48,720 nt of DNA, taken from NCBI GenBank assembly GCA_025458665.1, contig JALOSG010000001.1, forward strand, positions 1-48,720, written 5' to 3'. Positions 1-10,380 of this stretch are shown here, one piece after another (positions within the stretch are counted from its first letter, which is position 1; each line of letters begins with the position of its first letter). Source of the DNA: Serpentinimonas sp. Its GTDB lineage: Bacteria; Pseudomonadota; Gammaproteobacteria; Burkholderiales; Burkholderiaceae_C. A model generated the notes under the pieces. The model saw only the letters and a list, made by a program, of their open reading frames with translations, was not told the DNA's origin and did not search any database. The translations under genes and the position numbers were made by a program.

Positions 1-581
1 GAGGTGGGCTCGTCGCAGACCAGAAACTCGGGCTGGGTGGCCAGCGCGCGCGCAATGGAAATGCGCTGGCGCTGCCCGCCCGAGAACTGGTGCGGGTACT
101 TGACGCTGTCCAGCGGGCTCAGGCCCACCGACTGCAGCAATTCGCCCACCCGCTCCTGCACCCCGTCGGCGGGCAACAGGCCATGTTCCACCAGCGGCTC
201 GCCCACAATGTCGGACACACGCCAGCGCGGGTTCAGGCTGGCGTAGGGGTCCTGAAAAATCATCTGTATGCGGCGGCGCAGAGCGCGTGAACCGCTGCCT
301 GCATACGCCGCATAGGCGTCTTGCCCGTCGAACAGAAAGCTGCCGCGCTGGGCCCGGTACAGGCCCACCAGCAGGCGCGCCACCGTGCTTTTACCGCAGC
401 CCGATTCGCCCACCAGCCCCAGCGTCTGGCCACGCTGGATCTGAAAGCTCACGCCGTCTACCGCATGCAGCAACTGGCGTGGCTTGCCCTCCAGCACCCG
501 GTTCAGCCAGGGGGCGGACACATCGAAGGAGCAGGCCAGGTCCTGCGCCTGCACCAGAGGCGTTGGTACCGCGCTGCTCAT
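1..581 (-). CDS. ABC transporter ATP-binding protein, oligopeptide/dipeptide type (DppF/OppF-like); 3' end runs off the window
   Basis: Absent from the ORF track because there is no stop inside the window. My minus-strand translation from ATG 581..579 reads [21 protein letters not shown]...[17 protein letters not shown] (Walker A)...[16 protein letters not shown]...[19 protein letters not shown] (ABC signature)...VCDEPTS (Walker B). The ATG overlaps the TGA of the upstream ATPase gene (ATGA at 578-581). Confidence 0.85.
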   Translation of the reverse strand, partial: MSSAVPTPLVQAQDLACSFDVSAPWLNRVLEGKPRQLLHAVDGVSFQIQRGQTLGLVGESGCGKSTVARLLVGLYRAQRGSFLFDGQDAYAAYAGSGSRALRRRIQMIFQDPYASLNPRWRVSDIVGEPLVEHGLLPADGVQERVGELLQSVGLSPLDSVKYPHQFSGGQRQRISIARALATQPEFLVCDEPT

Positions 582-1609
582 GGGGCCTCCGCTGCGGCAG
601 GCACGGCACCGGGGGAGGCGCTATGGGCGGTGCTGAACGTGGCACTCTGTTCGGTATCGTGCAGCCAGCAAGCGGCTTGCGTGGAGCCTGCAGTGAGCAA
701 ATCGGGGCGTTGCTGGCTGCAACGCGCCATAGCCTTATCGCACCGCGGATGGAAGGCACAGCCGGGTGGAATGGCGTTCAGGCGCGGCATGGCACCATCA
801 ATCTGGAACAGCCGCTCGCGGTCCAGCGTCATGTCGGGAATGCAGCTCATGAGGCCCCGTGTGTAAGGGTGCGCGGGGTGGTTGATGACTTCGTGCACCG
901 GGCCTATCTCGGCCAGGCGGCCCGCGTACATCACGGCCACACGGTCGCAGGTCTCGGCAATCACACCCATGTCGTGGGTAATGAGCATGACGGCCGCGCC
1001 GCGCTGCTGGCAAATGTTCTTGAGCAAGGTGATGATTTGCGCCTGTATGGACACATCCAGCGCGGTGGTGGGCTCATCGGCCACGATGAGTTGCGGCTCA
1101 GCGGCCAGGGCCAGCGCAATCACCACCCGCTGGCGCATCCCGCCCGAGAACTGGTGCGGGTAGTGGTCTATGCGCTCCTGCGCGGCCGGAATGCCGGTGT
1201 CCTGCAGCAGCTCGATGGCGCGCTGGCGGGCCTGTGCCGGTGTCATGGGCAGGTGGGTGAGTATGGTTTCCACCAGCTGGCGGCCCACCGAATACAGCGG
1301 GTTGAGCGAGGTGAGCGGGTCCTGAAAAATGGCGCCTATGCGCCGCCCACGGATGGCGCGCATCTTCTCCGGTGGCAGGTGGTCTATGCGTTCGCCCTGC
1401 AGCCGTATCTCGCCGCTGGCAATGCGGCCGGGCGGCTCCAGCAGGCCAATGATGGAGGCCCCGGTGAGAGACTTGCCAGCCCCCGACTCGCCCACCACCC
1501 CCAGAATTTCCCCGGGAGCGATGGAGAAGGACACATCGTCGAGCGCGCGCAGCGTGCCGCGCCGGCCGGGAAACTCCACCACCAGATTTCTGACTTCCAG
1601 CAAGGACAT
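578..1609 (-). CDS. ABC transporter ATP-binding protein, oligopeptide/dipeptide type (DppD/OppD-like)
   Basis: ORF 578..1633(-) trimmed to ATG 1609 (MSLLEVRNLVVEF). Contains Walker A GESGAGKS, FQDPLTSLNP, signature FSGGMRQRVVIA and Walker B IVADEPTTALD. The C-terminal extension (HPYTRGL...CAFHPRC) is typical of Opp/Dpp ATPases. Confidence 0.9.
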   Translation of the reverse strand: MSLLEVRNLVVEFPGRRGTLRALDDVSFSIAPGEILGVVGESGAGKSLTGASIIGLLEPPGRIASGEIRLQGERIDHLPPEKMRAIRGRRIGAIFQDPLTSLNPLYSVGRQLVETILTHLPMTPAQARQRAIELLQDTGIPAAQERIDHYPHQFSGGMRQRVVIALALAAEPQLIVADEPTTALDVSIQAQIITLLKNICQQRGAAVMLITHDMGVIAETCDRVAVMYAGRLAEIGPVHEVINHPAHPYTRGLMSCIPDMTLDRERLFQIDGAMPRLNAIPPGCAFHPRCDKAMARCSQQRPDLLTAGSTQAACWLHDTEQSATFSTAHSASPGAVPAAAEAP

Positions 1610-1646
1610 GGCTACGCGGGCTCCAACAGGCAAGGAAAAGGGGGCA

Positions 1647-2570
1647 TCAACGCAGGCGCGGGTTCAGCGCATCGCGCAGCCAGTCGCCCAGCAGGTTCAC
1701 GCTCAGTGCAATCACCACCAGCACCACGCCAGGGAACACCGTGATCCACCACTCGCCCGAGAACAGGTAGTCGTTGCCAATGCGGATGAGCGTGCCCAGC
1801 GAAGGCGATGTGGGCGGTGCGCCCACGCCCAGGAAAGACAGCGTCGCCTCGGTGATGATGGCCGTGGCCACCTGGATGGTGGCCAGCACCAGCACCGGCC
1901 CCATGACATTGGGCAGCACGTGCCGGCGCATGATGCGCAGCGGCGACACGCCAATGACCCGCGCAGCCTGCACGTACTCCTTCTGCCGCTCCACCAGCGT
2001 GGAGCCCCGCACCGTGCGCGCGTACTGCACCCAGCCAGTCAGGGCAATGGAGAGCACCAGCACGCCAAACGCCAGAGATTCGTGCGCGTTGGGAAACAGC
2101 GCACGGCCCACGCCGGCAATCAGCAAGGCCACCAGAATGGCGGGGAAAGACAGCATCACGTCGCACAGGCGCATGAGGAAGGCATCGAGCCAGCCGCCCA
2201 CAAAACCCGCCAGCAGGCCCAGCGTCACGCCCACCAGCACCGACAGCACCACCGAAGCCAGCCCCACCGCCAGCGAGATGCGTGCCCCGTACATGAGGGC
2301 CGAGAGAATGTCGCGGCCCTGGTCGTCGGTGCCCAGCAGGAACTCGGCGCGCCCATCGGCGGTCCAGGCCGGCGGCAGGCGCGCATTGGCCAGCTCCAGC
2401 GTGGCCAGATCGAAGGGGTTGTGCGGCGCCACCCAGGGCGCAAACACCGCGCAAAAGGCACACACCAGCGCCAGCGCCGCCGCCACCATGGCGGTGGGCG
2501 AAGAGCGGAAGCTGTGGCCCACGTCGCTGTCCAGCCAGCGGGACAGCAGGTTCTTGGAGTTCCGATCCAT
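1647..2570 (-). CDS. ABC transporter permease (DppC/OppC-like)
   Basis: ORF 1647..2738(-) trimmed to ATG 2570 (MDRNSKNLLSRWL). This start overlaps the upstream stop by 1 nt (TGATG). The protein is polytopic and hydrophobic, with a conserved loop ...YVQAARVIGVSPLRIMRRHVLPN. Confidence 0.88.
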   Translation of the reverse strand: MDRNSKNLLSRWLDSDVGHSFRSSPTAMVAAALALVCAFCAVFAPWVAPHNPFDLATLELANARLPPAWTADGRAEFLLGTDDQGRDILSALMYGARISLAVGLASVVLSVLVGVTLGLLAGFVGGWLDAFLMRLCDVMLSFPAILVALLIAGVGRALFPNAHESLAFGVLVLSIALTGWVQYARTVRGSTLVERQKEYVQAARVIGVSPLRIMRRHVLPNVMGPVLVLATIQVATAIITEATLSFLGVGAPPTSPSLGTLIRIGNDYLFSGEWWITVFPGVVLVVIALSVNLLGDWLRDALNPRLR

Positions 2571-3544
2571 CAGTGCCCCCGGTCCACGCGCAGGCGCGGG
2601 TCTACCGCAAAGTACAGCAAGTCCACCACCAGGTTGATGACCACGAAGATCAGTGCAATGAGGCACAGGTAGGCCGCCATGACCGGAATGTCGGCAAAGG
2701 TCACGGCCTGTATGAACAGCAGGCCCATGCCCGGCCACTGGAACACCGTTTCGGTGATGATGGCAAACGCAATCAGGCCACCCAGTTGCAGCCCGGTGAT
2801 GGTCATGACAGGCACCAGCGTGTTCTTCAGCGCGTGGCCAAAGTGCACGGCGCGGTTGCTCAGGCCGCGCGCCCGCGCAAACTTGATGTAGTCGGTGCGC
2901 AGCACTTCCAGCATCTCGGCACGCACCAGCCGCATGATGAGCGTGAGCTGAAAAATAGCCAGCGTGACAGCCGGCAAGGTGATGTGGTGCCAGCCCTTGG
3001 CCGTGAGCAAACCGGTGGACCAGCCTCCCAGTTGCGTGACTTCACCGCGCCCGAAGGACGGGAACCAGCCCAGCTGCACGGCGAACACCAGGATGAGCAG
3101 AATGCCAATGAGGAAGGTGGGCAGGCTCACCCCCAGCAAAGACACCGTCATGAACAGCTGGCTAAGGAACGTGCCCCGGCGCAGCGCGGCATACACGCCC
3201 ATCGGTATGCCCACCAGCAAGGCCAGCGCAGCGGCCACCAGCGCCAATTCCAGCGTGGCGGGAAAGCGTTCGGCAAACAATTGCGATACCGGCGTGGCCT
3301 GGCGCAGGCTGATGCCGAAGTCGCCTTGTGCCGCATTCACCAGAAAGTGCCAGAACTGCACCACAAAGGGTTGGTCCAGCCCCAGGGCGGCGCGCATTTC
3401 CGCCACCTGTTCGGGCGTGGCGTCCTGGCCCAGCACAAAGACGATGGGGTCGCCCACGTACTGGAACAGCATGAAGGAGACAAAGGCCACGCAAACCATG
3501 ACCAGCACGGCCTGCCCCAGCCTTCGCAGAATGAAAGCGAGCAT
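2570..3544 (-). CDS. ABC transporter permease (DppB/OppB-like)
   Basis: ORF 2570..3544(-), ATG start. It has the typical N-terminus MLAFILRRLGQAVLVMV and a conserved loop DYIKFARARGLSNRAVHFGHALKN. Confidence 0.9.
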   Translation of the reverse strand: MLAFILRRLGQAVLVMVCVAFVSFMLFQYVGDPIVFVLGQDATPEQVAEMRAALGLDQPFVVQFWHFLVNAAQGDFGISLRQATPVSQLFAERFPATLELALVAAALALLVGIPMGVYAALRRGTFLSQLFMTVSLLGVSLPTFLIGILLILVFAVQLGWFPSFGRGEVTQLGGWSTGLLTAKGWHHITLPAVTLAIFQLTLIMRLVRAEMLEVLRTDYIKFARARGLSNRAVHFGHALKNTLVPVMTITGLQLGGLIAFAIITETVFQWPGMGLLFIQAVTFADIPVMAAYLCLIALIFVVINLVVDLLYFAVDPRLRVDRGH

Positions 3545-3641
3545 GAAAAGACGGAATAGGATGGCGCCTGCACCGGCAGGCCACCACCCGTTGAAACGCT
3601 GTGGAACTGTAGCGGAACTTCAGGGGCCGCTCAGTTCACGC

Positions 3642-5222
3642 TCAGTTCACCTTCACCAAGCGCCAGTCCACCCGGTTATCGGCGCGGTGCACCACATCGA
3701 TATTGCGCTTCATGGCCCACGGAATCACCTGGTTGTGCAGGGGAATGTGGGCCACATCGTCGTTCTGCAGCTTCAGCGCCTCGGTCATGAGGGCGGTGCG
3801 CTTGGCGGGGTCCAGCTCCACCTTCACCTGGTCAATCAGGGCGTCCATCTTGGGGTTGCTGTAGCGGCCCAGGTTGTAGTTGCCATCGCCCCCCGTTCCG
3901 GGCGTGCGCACCAAAGACTGCAGGGAATACAGCGCATCGAACGTGGGCACGCCCCAGCCCAGCATGTAAATGCTGGCCTCGTGCCGCTGGATCATGGGGA
4001 AGTACGTCACCAGGGGCTGGGTGCGCAGCTTGGCTTTCACGCCGATGCGCGCCCACATGGCGGTCACGGCCTGGCAAATCTGCTCGTCGTTGATGTAGCG
4101 GTTGTTGGGGCAGGCAAAGTCCACCTCGAAGCCGTTGGGGTAACCGGCCTCGGCCATGAGCTTTTGCGCGGCGGCCACGTCGTAGGGGTAACGCTGGTGC
4201 ACCGCTTCGGTCCAGCCGGCCACCTGTGGCGCCACCAGGGCGCCGGTGGTCTGGCCCAGCCCGCGCATGGTCACGCGGGTGATGGTGGCGGCGTCGATGG
4301 CCTGGTAGAGCGCCTTGCGCACCCGCACGTCCTTCAGCGGGTTCTTGCCCTTCACATCGCTGCCCACCAGCTCATCGCGGTGCTGGTCCATGCCGAAGAA
4401 GATGGTGCGGTTCTCGATCCCGTCGATCACCTTCAGGCCTGGCGCCGAGCGGATGCGGGGCAAATCCTGCGGGCTGGGGTCCAGCACAAAGTCCACCTCT
4501 CCGGACAGCAGTGCGGCCATGCGGGTAGCCACTGCGCTCACCGGGGTGTAAACAATTTCGGTCACGTTGGTGGGCGCTGTGCCCCACCAGGCGGTGTTGC
4601 GGTTCAGCACGATGCGCTGATCAGGCACCCACTCCTTGAGCATGAAAGGGCCGGTGCCGTTGGCGTTGCGGTGGGCAAAGTTCTCGTCCTGCACCTTGAT
4701 GTCCTTGGGCGCGGTGGAGTTGTTCTTCTCCGCCCAGGCCTTGCTCATCATGCGCAGTTCGGTCATCTGGTTCAGCAAGACCGGGTTGTAGGCCTTGGTG
4801 AACACGTCGATGGTGCGGTCGTCCACCTTCACCACGCGGTCTATGCCCTGGATGTAGGGCGTGAAGTTGGAGGTGGGCGCCATGGCGCGCTGGATGGAGA
4901 ACACCGCATCATCGGCGGTGAAGTTGCTGCCGTCGTGGAACTTCACGCCGGTGCGCAGCGTCATGCGCAACTGCGTGGGGGAAACCTGCGTCCAGGCAGT
5001 GGCCAGCACCGGCTCTATCTTGAAGGTCTCGCTGTTGTAGTACACCAGGCTTTCGTACACAGCCGCGTGGATGCCGTTTTGCAAGGCGTTGTTCTGGGAA
5101 TGGATGTCCCAGGTGGAAATGTCGCTGGCGCTGGACCACTTGAAGGTCTTGGCGTGTACCGCCACGGTGCCCAAGGCCAGACACACCGACAAGGCCGAGG
5201 CGGCAATGATTCGAAGCTTCAT
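3642..5222 (-). CDS. ABC transporter periplasmic substrate-binding protein, family 5 (peptide/nickel/opine type)
   Basis: ORF 3642..5261(-) trimmed to ATG 5222. This gives the signal peptide MKLRIIAASALSVCLALGTVAVHA|KTF. The size (~526 aa) and the position at the head of the permease/ATPase genes fit an SBP_bac_5 protein. Substrate is unknown. Confidence 0.85.
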   Translation of the reverse strand: MKLRIIAASALSVCLALGTVAVHAKTFKWSSASDISTWDIHSQNNALQNGIHAAVYESLVYYNSETFKIEPVLATAWTQVSPTQLRMTLRTGVKFHDGSNFTADDAVFSIQRAMAPTSNFTPYIQGIDRVVKVDDRTIDVFTKAYNPVLLNQMTELRMMSKAWAEKNNSTAPKDIKVQDENFAHRNANGTGPFMLKEWVPDQRIVLNRNTAWWGTAPTNVTEIVYTPVSAVATRMAALLSGEVDFVLDPSPQDLPRIRSAPGLKVIDGIENRTIFFGMDQHRDELVGSDVKGKNPLKDVRVRKALYQAIDAATITRVTMRGLGQTTGALVAPQVAGWTEAVHQRYPYDVAAAQKLMAEAGYPNGFEVDFACPNNRYINDEQICQAVTAMWARIGVKAKLRTQPLVTYFPMIQRHEASIYMLGWGVPTFDALYSLQSLVRTPGTGGDGNYNLGRYSNPKMDALIDQVKVELDPAKRTALMTEALKLQNDDVAHIPLHNQVIPWAMKRNIDVVHRADNRVDWRLVKVN

Positions 5223-5370
5223 GGAAACAAACCCCTGTATTGGAAAAATGCGAAAAAGCACTATGCAATATCCGTTCCGGTTCCCGGATGGGGGTTAACC
5301 CAGGGGACGGGCGGCGGGGTGGCGCGCGGGTGACAGGTGGCGCAAACCTGGAGGCTGGGAGCCAGAGAAA

Positions 5371-5447
5371 TGGTAGGGCGTGTAGGACTTGAACCTACGA
5401 CCAAAGGATTATGAGTCCTCTGCTCTAACCAACTGAGCTAACGCCCC
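5371..5447 (-). tRNA. tRNA with CAU anticodon (Met by anticodon; body looks like lysidine-dependent tRNA-Ile2)
   Basis: Minus-strand 77-nt cloverleaf GGGGCGTTAGCTCAGTTGGTTAGAGCAGAGGACTCATAATCCTTTGGTCGTAGGTTCAAGTCCTACACGCCCTACCA, with anticodon loop CT-CAT-AA and an encoded CCA. It is not initiator-like. The variable loop and T-arm (TTGGTCG..GGTTCAAGTCC) resemble E. coli ileX more than metT (from memory). Confidence 0.9.
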
Positions 5448-5513
5448 GAACCAAGCCCACGATTGTAGCGCCCGGCCAGAGGCACAATACGGCACCCTGA
5501 AGGAAGGAACACC

Positions 5514-5897
5514 ATGACCATTGCCATTGCCTGTGTACTCATAGCTGGCCTGCTGCCGCTGGCGGGCACCGCCGCAGCCAAGTGGGGCTTCCAGCGTTAC
5601 GACAACCGCAACCCGCGCGAATGGCTGGCCCAGCAGACAGGCTTGCGCGCCCGGGGCAACGCGGCCCAGGCCAACGGTTTCGAGGCATTTCCTTTCTTTG
5701 CTTCCGGTGTGGCGCTGGCGCTCATTGCCGGGGCCGATGCCGCCGCCATAGACCGCTACGCCGTGCTGTTCGTGCTGGCGCGGGTGGCCTACACCGTGGC
5801 CTACCTCATGGACAAAGCCACGCTGCGTTCGCTGTGCTGGCTGGTGGGGATACTGTCGGTGGTGGCGCTGCACGTGCACGCGCTAATGGCTGCCTGA
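5514..5897 (+). CDS. MAPEG-family small membrane protein
   Basis: ORF 5514..5897(+), ATG preceded by GAAGGAAGG. It is 127 aa with about 3-4 hydrophobic helices. The motif ...NPREWL....RA..A..N..E.FPFF... is typical of bacterial MAPEG/YecN-like proteins. Confidence 0.7.
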   Translation: MTIAIACVLIAGLLPLAGTAAAKWGFQRYDNRNPREWLAQQTGLRARGNAAQANGFEAFPFFASGVALALIAGADAAAIDRYAVLFVLARVAYTVAYLMDKATLRSLCWLVGILSVVALHVHALMAA

Positions 5898-5927
5898 CCC
5901 CTTGGCCTGACCCCGGGCCTGGGCCGC

Positions 5928-6947
5928 TCACTTCGGCTGGCTCAGTGCGTTGCTCACCAGCTTGGCCGTCACGTCCACAATCTGGATCATGCGGTCGTAG
6001 GCCATGCGCTGCGGGCCTATCACGCCCAGCGTGCCCACCACCTTGCCGTCGGCTTCGTAGGGCGCGGTCACCACCGAGAGTTCCTCGTACGGCACCACCT
6101 GGCTTTCACCGCCTATGAATATGCGCACGCCGTCGGCGCGGTTGGACACTTCCAGCAGGCGCATGAGCTGGGTTTTCTGCTCGAACAGATCGAACATGCG
6201 CCGCAGGTTGCCCATGTCGCGGGAAAACTCGTTCACCGACAACAGGTTGCGCTCGCCAGCCACCACCACATCGTCTTCGGCGCTGGCATCTTCCGGCCCG
6301 GCCTCCACGGCTTTCACCATGAGGGTGGCAATCTCGCCGCGCAGGGCTTCCACCTCGTTCTTCAGGCGTTCGCGCACCGCGTCCATGGTCAGCCCGGCAT
6401 AGTGGGCGTTGATGAAGTTGGCCGCTTCCTGCAACTGCGTCTGGGTGTAGGTGTTCTCGGTGTGGATGATGCGGTTCTGCACATCGCCATCGGGCGTGAC
6501 CAGAATCACCAGCACCCGCCGGTCGGAAAGGTTGAGGAATTCGATGTGCCGGAACACCGTCGGGCGCTTGGGCACCATGACCACACCCACAAAATGCGAC
6601 AGACTCGATAGCATCTGTGCCGCGTGGCTGATGACCTGGCGCGGCTGTTCGGGCATCAGGCGTGGGCTGGGCAGGCCTTCAATCTGGCTCACCGCGTCGC
6701 TGCGCACGGTCATCATCGTGTCTACGAACAGGCGGTAGCCTCGGGCGGTGGGCACCCTGCCGGCAGAGGTGTGTGGGCTCACAATGAGGCCGAGCTCCTC
6801 CAGGTCGCTCATCACATTGCGTATGGTGGCGGGCGACAGGTCGAGTTCCGAGGCTTTGGAGAGCGTGCGCGAGCCTACGGGTTGCCCGTCGGCAATGTAT
6901 CGCTCCACCAGGGTCTTGAGCAGCAGCTTGGCACGGTCATCCAACAT
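5928..6947 (-). CDS. hrcA: Heat-inducible transcription repressor HrcA
   Basis: ORF 5928..6947(-). The N-terminus [31 protein letters not shown]... has the winged-helix typical of HrcA. Length is 339 aa. Confidence 0.93.
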   Translation of the reverse strand: MLDDRAKLLLKTLVERYIADGQPVGSRTLSKASELDLSPATIRNVMSDLEELGLIVSPHTSAGRVPTARGYRLFVDTMMTVRSDAVSQIEGLPSPRLMPEQPRQVISHAAQMLSSLSHFVGVVMVPKRPTVFRHIEFLNLSDRRVLVILVTPDGDVQNRIIHTENTYTQTQLQEAANFINAHYAGLTMDAVRERLKNEVEALRGEIATLMVKAVEAGPEDASAEDDVVVAGERNLLSVNEFSRDMGNLRRMFDLFEQKTQLMRLLEVSNRADGVRIFIGGESQVVPYEELSVVTAPYEADGKVVGTLGVIGPQRMAYDRMIQIVDVTAKLVSNALSQPK

Positions 6948-6983
6948 GCGTGCATTCTACGAAGCTTGTGATGTAATTTCAGC

Positions 6984-7853
6984 ATGTTCAAACACGTTGC
7001 CATCGTCGGGAAATACCAGACTGACGGTTCCCGCGAGGCGCTGGAGCGGATTGCGCATTTCCTGCACGACGAGGGCTGCGAAGTGGCGCTGGAACGCGGC
7101 ACGGCCCAGAACACCGGCCTGACGCAGTACCAGGCGCTGGATGTGGCCGCCATTGGCCGCCAGTGCGACCTGGCCCTGGTGGTGGGCGGGGACGGCACCA
7201 TGCTGGGCATAGGCCGGCAGCTGGCCCGCTTCAATGTGCCGGTGGTGGGTATCAACCAGGGGCGGCTGGGTTTCATCACGGACATTGCCCTGGACGGCTT
7301 CGAGGCCGTGCTGCGCCCCATGCTGCGCGGCGAATACGACGAGGACCACCGCACCCTCATGCAGGCCGGGGTGTGGCGCGACGGGCGCTGCGTGTTCGAG
7401 GCCACCGCCATGAACGACGTGGTGGTGAACCGGGGTGGTGCGGCCAGCATGATCGAACTCCGGGTGGAGGTGGACGGCCATTTCGTGGCCAACCAGCGCG
7501 CCGACGGCGTCATCATTGCCTCCCCCACCGGCTCCACCGCCTATGCACTCTCGGCTGGCGGGCCGCTGCTCCACCCTTCCGTGGCCGGCTGGATCATGGC
7601 CCCCATTGCCCCGCACACGCTGTCCAACCGCCCCATCGTGCTGCCCTCCACAGGTGAAATCACTCTGGAAGTGGTGGCCGGCCGCGACGCCAGCGCCAAC
7701 TTCGACATGCAGAACTTTGCCAGCCTGCTGCACGGCGACCGCGTCACCGTGCGCCGCTCCCCGCACGGCCTGCGTCTGCTGCACCCGGTCGGCTGGAGCT
7801 TCTTTGACACCTTGCGCAAAAAACTGCACTGGAACGAGGGTGGTGTGTCATGA
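6984..7853 (+). CDS. nadK: NAD(+) kinase
   Basis: ORF 6984..7853(+). Contains the GGDGT motif ([14 protein letters not shown]) and [24 protein letters not shown]. It is divergent from hrcA. Confidence 0.93.
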   Translation: MFKHVAIVGKYQTDGSREALERIAHFLHDEGCEVALERGTAQNTGLTQYQALDVAAIGRQCDLALVVGGDGTMLGIGRQLARFNVPVVGINQGRLGFITDIALDGFEAVLRPMLRGEYDEDHRTLMQAGVWRDGRCVFEATAMNDVVVNRGGAASMIELRVEVDGHFVANQRADGVIIASPTGSTAYALSAGGPLLHPSVAGWIMAPIAPHTLSNRPIVLPSTGEITLEVVAGRDASANFDMQNFASLLHGDRVTVRRSPHGLRLLHPVGWSFFDTLRKKLHWNEGGVS

Positions 7854-9493
7854 GCCTGCGCCGCATGGTCCTGCGGGACTTCGTCATCGTGCGCGCCCTG
7901 GAACTCGATCTGTCGGGCGGGTTTACCGTGCTCACCGGCGAAACGGGAGCGGGGAAATCCATACTGGTGGATGCGCTGCAACTGGCCCTGGGCGCCCGGG
8001 GCGATGCGAACGTGGTGCGCGAAGGTGCGCCGCGCTGCGAGATTTCTGCGGAGTTCGATACCGCACCGCCTGTGCTGGCGTGGCTGGAGGAGAACGGCTT
8101 CGATGTCGAAGTACCGCTGTTGCTGCGCCGCCAGATAGACACACAGGGCCGCAGCCGCGCCTGGATCAGCGGCAGCCCGGCCACCGTGGCGCAACTCAAG
8201 GCGCTGGCCGACCACCTGGTGGACATCCATGGCCAGCATGCCTGGCAAAGCCTGACCCGCCCCGATGCCGTGCGCCAGCTGCTGGACGACTATGGCCGCA
8301 TAGACACTGCGCCCCTGCGCCAGGCCTGGACGGCGTGGCGGAGCAGCACCCAGACCCTGGAAGAAGCCCGCCAGCAGCAGGCCACGCTGCAGCAAGAACG
8401 GGAGCGCCTGCAGTGGCAGATTGGCGAGCTGGACAAGCTGGCGCCACAACCCGATGAATGGGAAGAGCTGAACCTGCAGCAAGGCCGGCTGGCCCACGCA
8501 CAAGGGCTCATGGACGCCGCCCGGCTGGCCATTGCCGCGCTGGATGAAGCGGAACCCAGCGCCACCGCTCTGGTGCAGCAGGCCTGCCATGCGCTGCAGG
8601 AACAGCAGCACATAGAACCACGTTTTGCCGAGATTGCCGGTGTGCTGCAAAGCGCCCTGGCCCAGCTGGAAGACGCCAGCCGCGACCTGCAGCACCACGC
8701 CCGCGATACCGAGGTGGACCCCGACGCGCTGGAAAAGCTAGACGCCCGGCTCGCCAGCTGGCTGTCTCTGGCGCGGCGCTACCGCTGCCAGCCCGAGGAA
8801 CTGCCCCAGCGCCTGAAGCAGTGGAAAGACGCGTTGCAGCAGCTGGAACGCAACGCCGACCTGGCTGCGCTGGAACAAGACTGCCACGCGCGCCAGCGCC
8901 AGCTGCACGCCCTGGCCACCGAGGTGAGCGCCGCGCGCAAAAAGGCCGCCACGAAGCTGGGCAAAGCCATCACCCAGGCCATGCAGGAGCTGGGCATGGC
9001 GGGCGGGCGTTTCGAGGTGAAGTTGCAGGCGCTGGAGCAACCCCAGGCGCATGGGCTGGAAAGCATCGAGTTTCTGGTGGCCGGCCACCCCGGCAGCACC
9101 CCGCGCCCCGTGGGCAAGGTGGCTTCGGGCGGTGAACTGTCGCGGATTGCGCTGGCCATATCGGTCACTACCAGCCAGCTGGGGCAAGCCCCCACCCTGA
9201 TTTTTGACGAGGTGGACGCCGGTATAGGCGGCGCGGTGGCGCAGACCGTAGGCCGCCTGATGCAGCAGCTGGGCGAGGACCGGCAGGTGCTGGCCGTGAC
9301 CCACCTGCCCCAGGTGGCCGCCTGCGCCCACCACCATTTGCAGGTGAGCAAGACCCGCGACACCAGCGGCACCGCCAGCCACGTGCAGGCCATTGCCGGC
9401 GAGGCGCGCGTGCAGGAACTGGCCCGCATGCTGGGTGGGGAATCCCTGTCCGAGGCTTCCCTGGCACACGCCCGGGAGATGCTGACGCCATGA
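7850..9493 (+). CDS. recN: DNA repair protein RecN
   Basis: ORF 7850..9493(+), with an ATGA overlap with the nadK stop. Contains Walker [17 protein letters not shown], a long coiled-coil middle region, a C-terminal SMC signature [13 protein letters not shown] and Walker [13 protein letters not shown]. Confidence 0.95.
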   Translation: MSLRRMVLRDFVIVRALELDLSGGFTVLTGETGAGKSILVDALQLALGARGDANVVREGAPRCEISAEFDTAPPVLAWLEENGFDVEVPLLLRRQIDTQGRSRAWISGSPATVAQLKALADHLVDIHGQHAWQSLTRPDAVRQLLDDYGRIDTAPLRQAWTAWRSSTQTLEEARQQQATLQQERERLQWQIGELDKLAPQPDEWEELNLQQGRLAHAQGLMDAARLAIAALDEAEPSATALVQQACHALQEQQHIEPRFAEIAGVLQSALAQLEDASRDLQHHARDTEVDPDALEKLDARLASWLSLARRYRCQPEELPQRLKQWKDALQQLERNADLAALEQDCHARQRQLHALATEVSAARKKAATKLGKAITQAMQELGMAGGRFEVKLQALEQPQAHGLESIEFLVAGHPGSTPRPVGKVASGGELSRIALAISVTTSQLGQAPTLIFDEVDAGIGGAVAQTVGRLMQQLGEDRQVLAVTHLPQVAACAHHHLQVSKTRDTSGTASHVQAIAGEARVQELARMLGGESLSEASLAHAREMLTP

Positions 9494-10380
9494 ACGACGA
9501 AGCCAACGCGGGCAACCCCATGCAACTGGTGCTCATTACCGGTATGTCGGGCTCGGGCAAATCGGTGGCGCTACACGCACTGGAAGACGCGGGCTTTTAC
9601 TGCGTGGACAACCTGCCGCCCGAACTGCTGGAAGCCTTTGTGGCGGTGGAACAGCAGCAGGGCGCCGACAAGGTGGCCATTGCCATGGACGTGCGCAGCG
9701 CCAATTCCCTGCCGCAACTGCCCGCGCGCCTGCGCACCCTGCGGCGCACCAACCTGAACCTGACCGTGGTGTTTCTGGACGCCACCACCGACACGCTGGT
9801 GCGGCGTTTTTCTGAAACGCGGCGCATGCACCCGCTCTCGCACAAGGACACCAGCGACCAGCGCCGCGCGCTCATCGAGGCCATTGAGCTGGAACGCGAG
9901 ATGCTCAGCGAGCTGCGCGAACAGGCGCTGGTGCTGGACACCAGCCTGCTGAAAGCCGCCAACCTGCGCAGCCAGGTGAAAGACATGCTCTTGCGCGAAC
10001 CCGGCAGCCTCACGCTGGTGTTCGAGTCGTTCGCATTCAAGCGCGGCATTCCCATGGACGCGGACTATGTGTTCGATGTGCGCATGCTGCCCAACCCCCA
10101 CTACGAGCCGCACCTGAAGGCACTGACGGGGCTGGACGCACCGGTGGTGGAGTACCTGCAGAGTGAGGCCGAAGTGCTGGCCATGCAGGAGCAGATCACC
10201 GCCTTCGTGGCGCAGTGGCTACCCGCCATGGTGCGCGACCACCGCAGCTACGTGACCGTGGCCATAGGCTGCACCGGCGGCCAGCACCGCTCGGTGTACC
10301 TGGTGGAACAACTGGCGCGGCACTTTGCGGGCCAATGGGGCGTGCAGCGCCGCCACCGGGAACTGGACCACGCCCGCTAA
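9490..10380 (+). CDS. rapZ: RNase adapter protein RapZ (YhbJ-type NTPase)
   Basis: ORF 9490..10380(+). Contains P-loop [14 protein letters not shown], ...[21 protein letters not shown]... and [12 protein letters not shown] 9490 overlaps the recN stop (ATGA). An alternative start at 9520 (MQLVLITG) is equally plausible. Confidence 0.9.
   Translation: MNDEANAGNPMQLVLITGMSGSGKSVALHALEDAGFYCVDNLPPELLEAFVAVEQQQGADKVAIAMDVRSANSLPQLPARLRTLRRTNLNLTVVFLDATTDTLVRRFSETRRMHPLSHKDTSDQRRALIEAIELEREMLSELREQALVLDTSLLKAANLRSQVKDMLLREPGSLTLVFESFAFKRGIPMDADYVFDVRMLPNPHYEPHLKALTGLDAPVVEYLQSEAEVLAMQEQITAFVAQWLPAMVRDHRSYVTVAIGCTGGQHRSVYLVEQLARHFAGQWGVQRRHRELDHAR

Noticed and set aside
2964-5333. 789-aa ORF on the plus strand.
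   Set aside because: It lies entirely antisense to the binding-protein and permease genes. Its composition is Gly/Ala/Arg/His/Val-rich low complexity with no recognisable motif. This is the typical stop-codon-poor shadow frame of GC-rich DNA.
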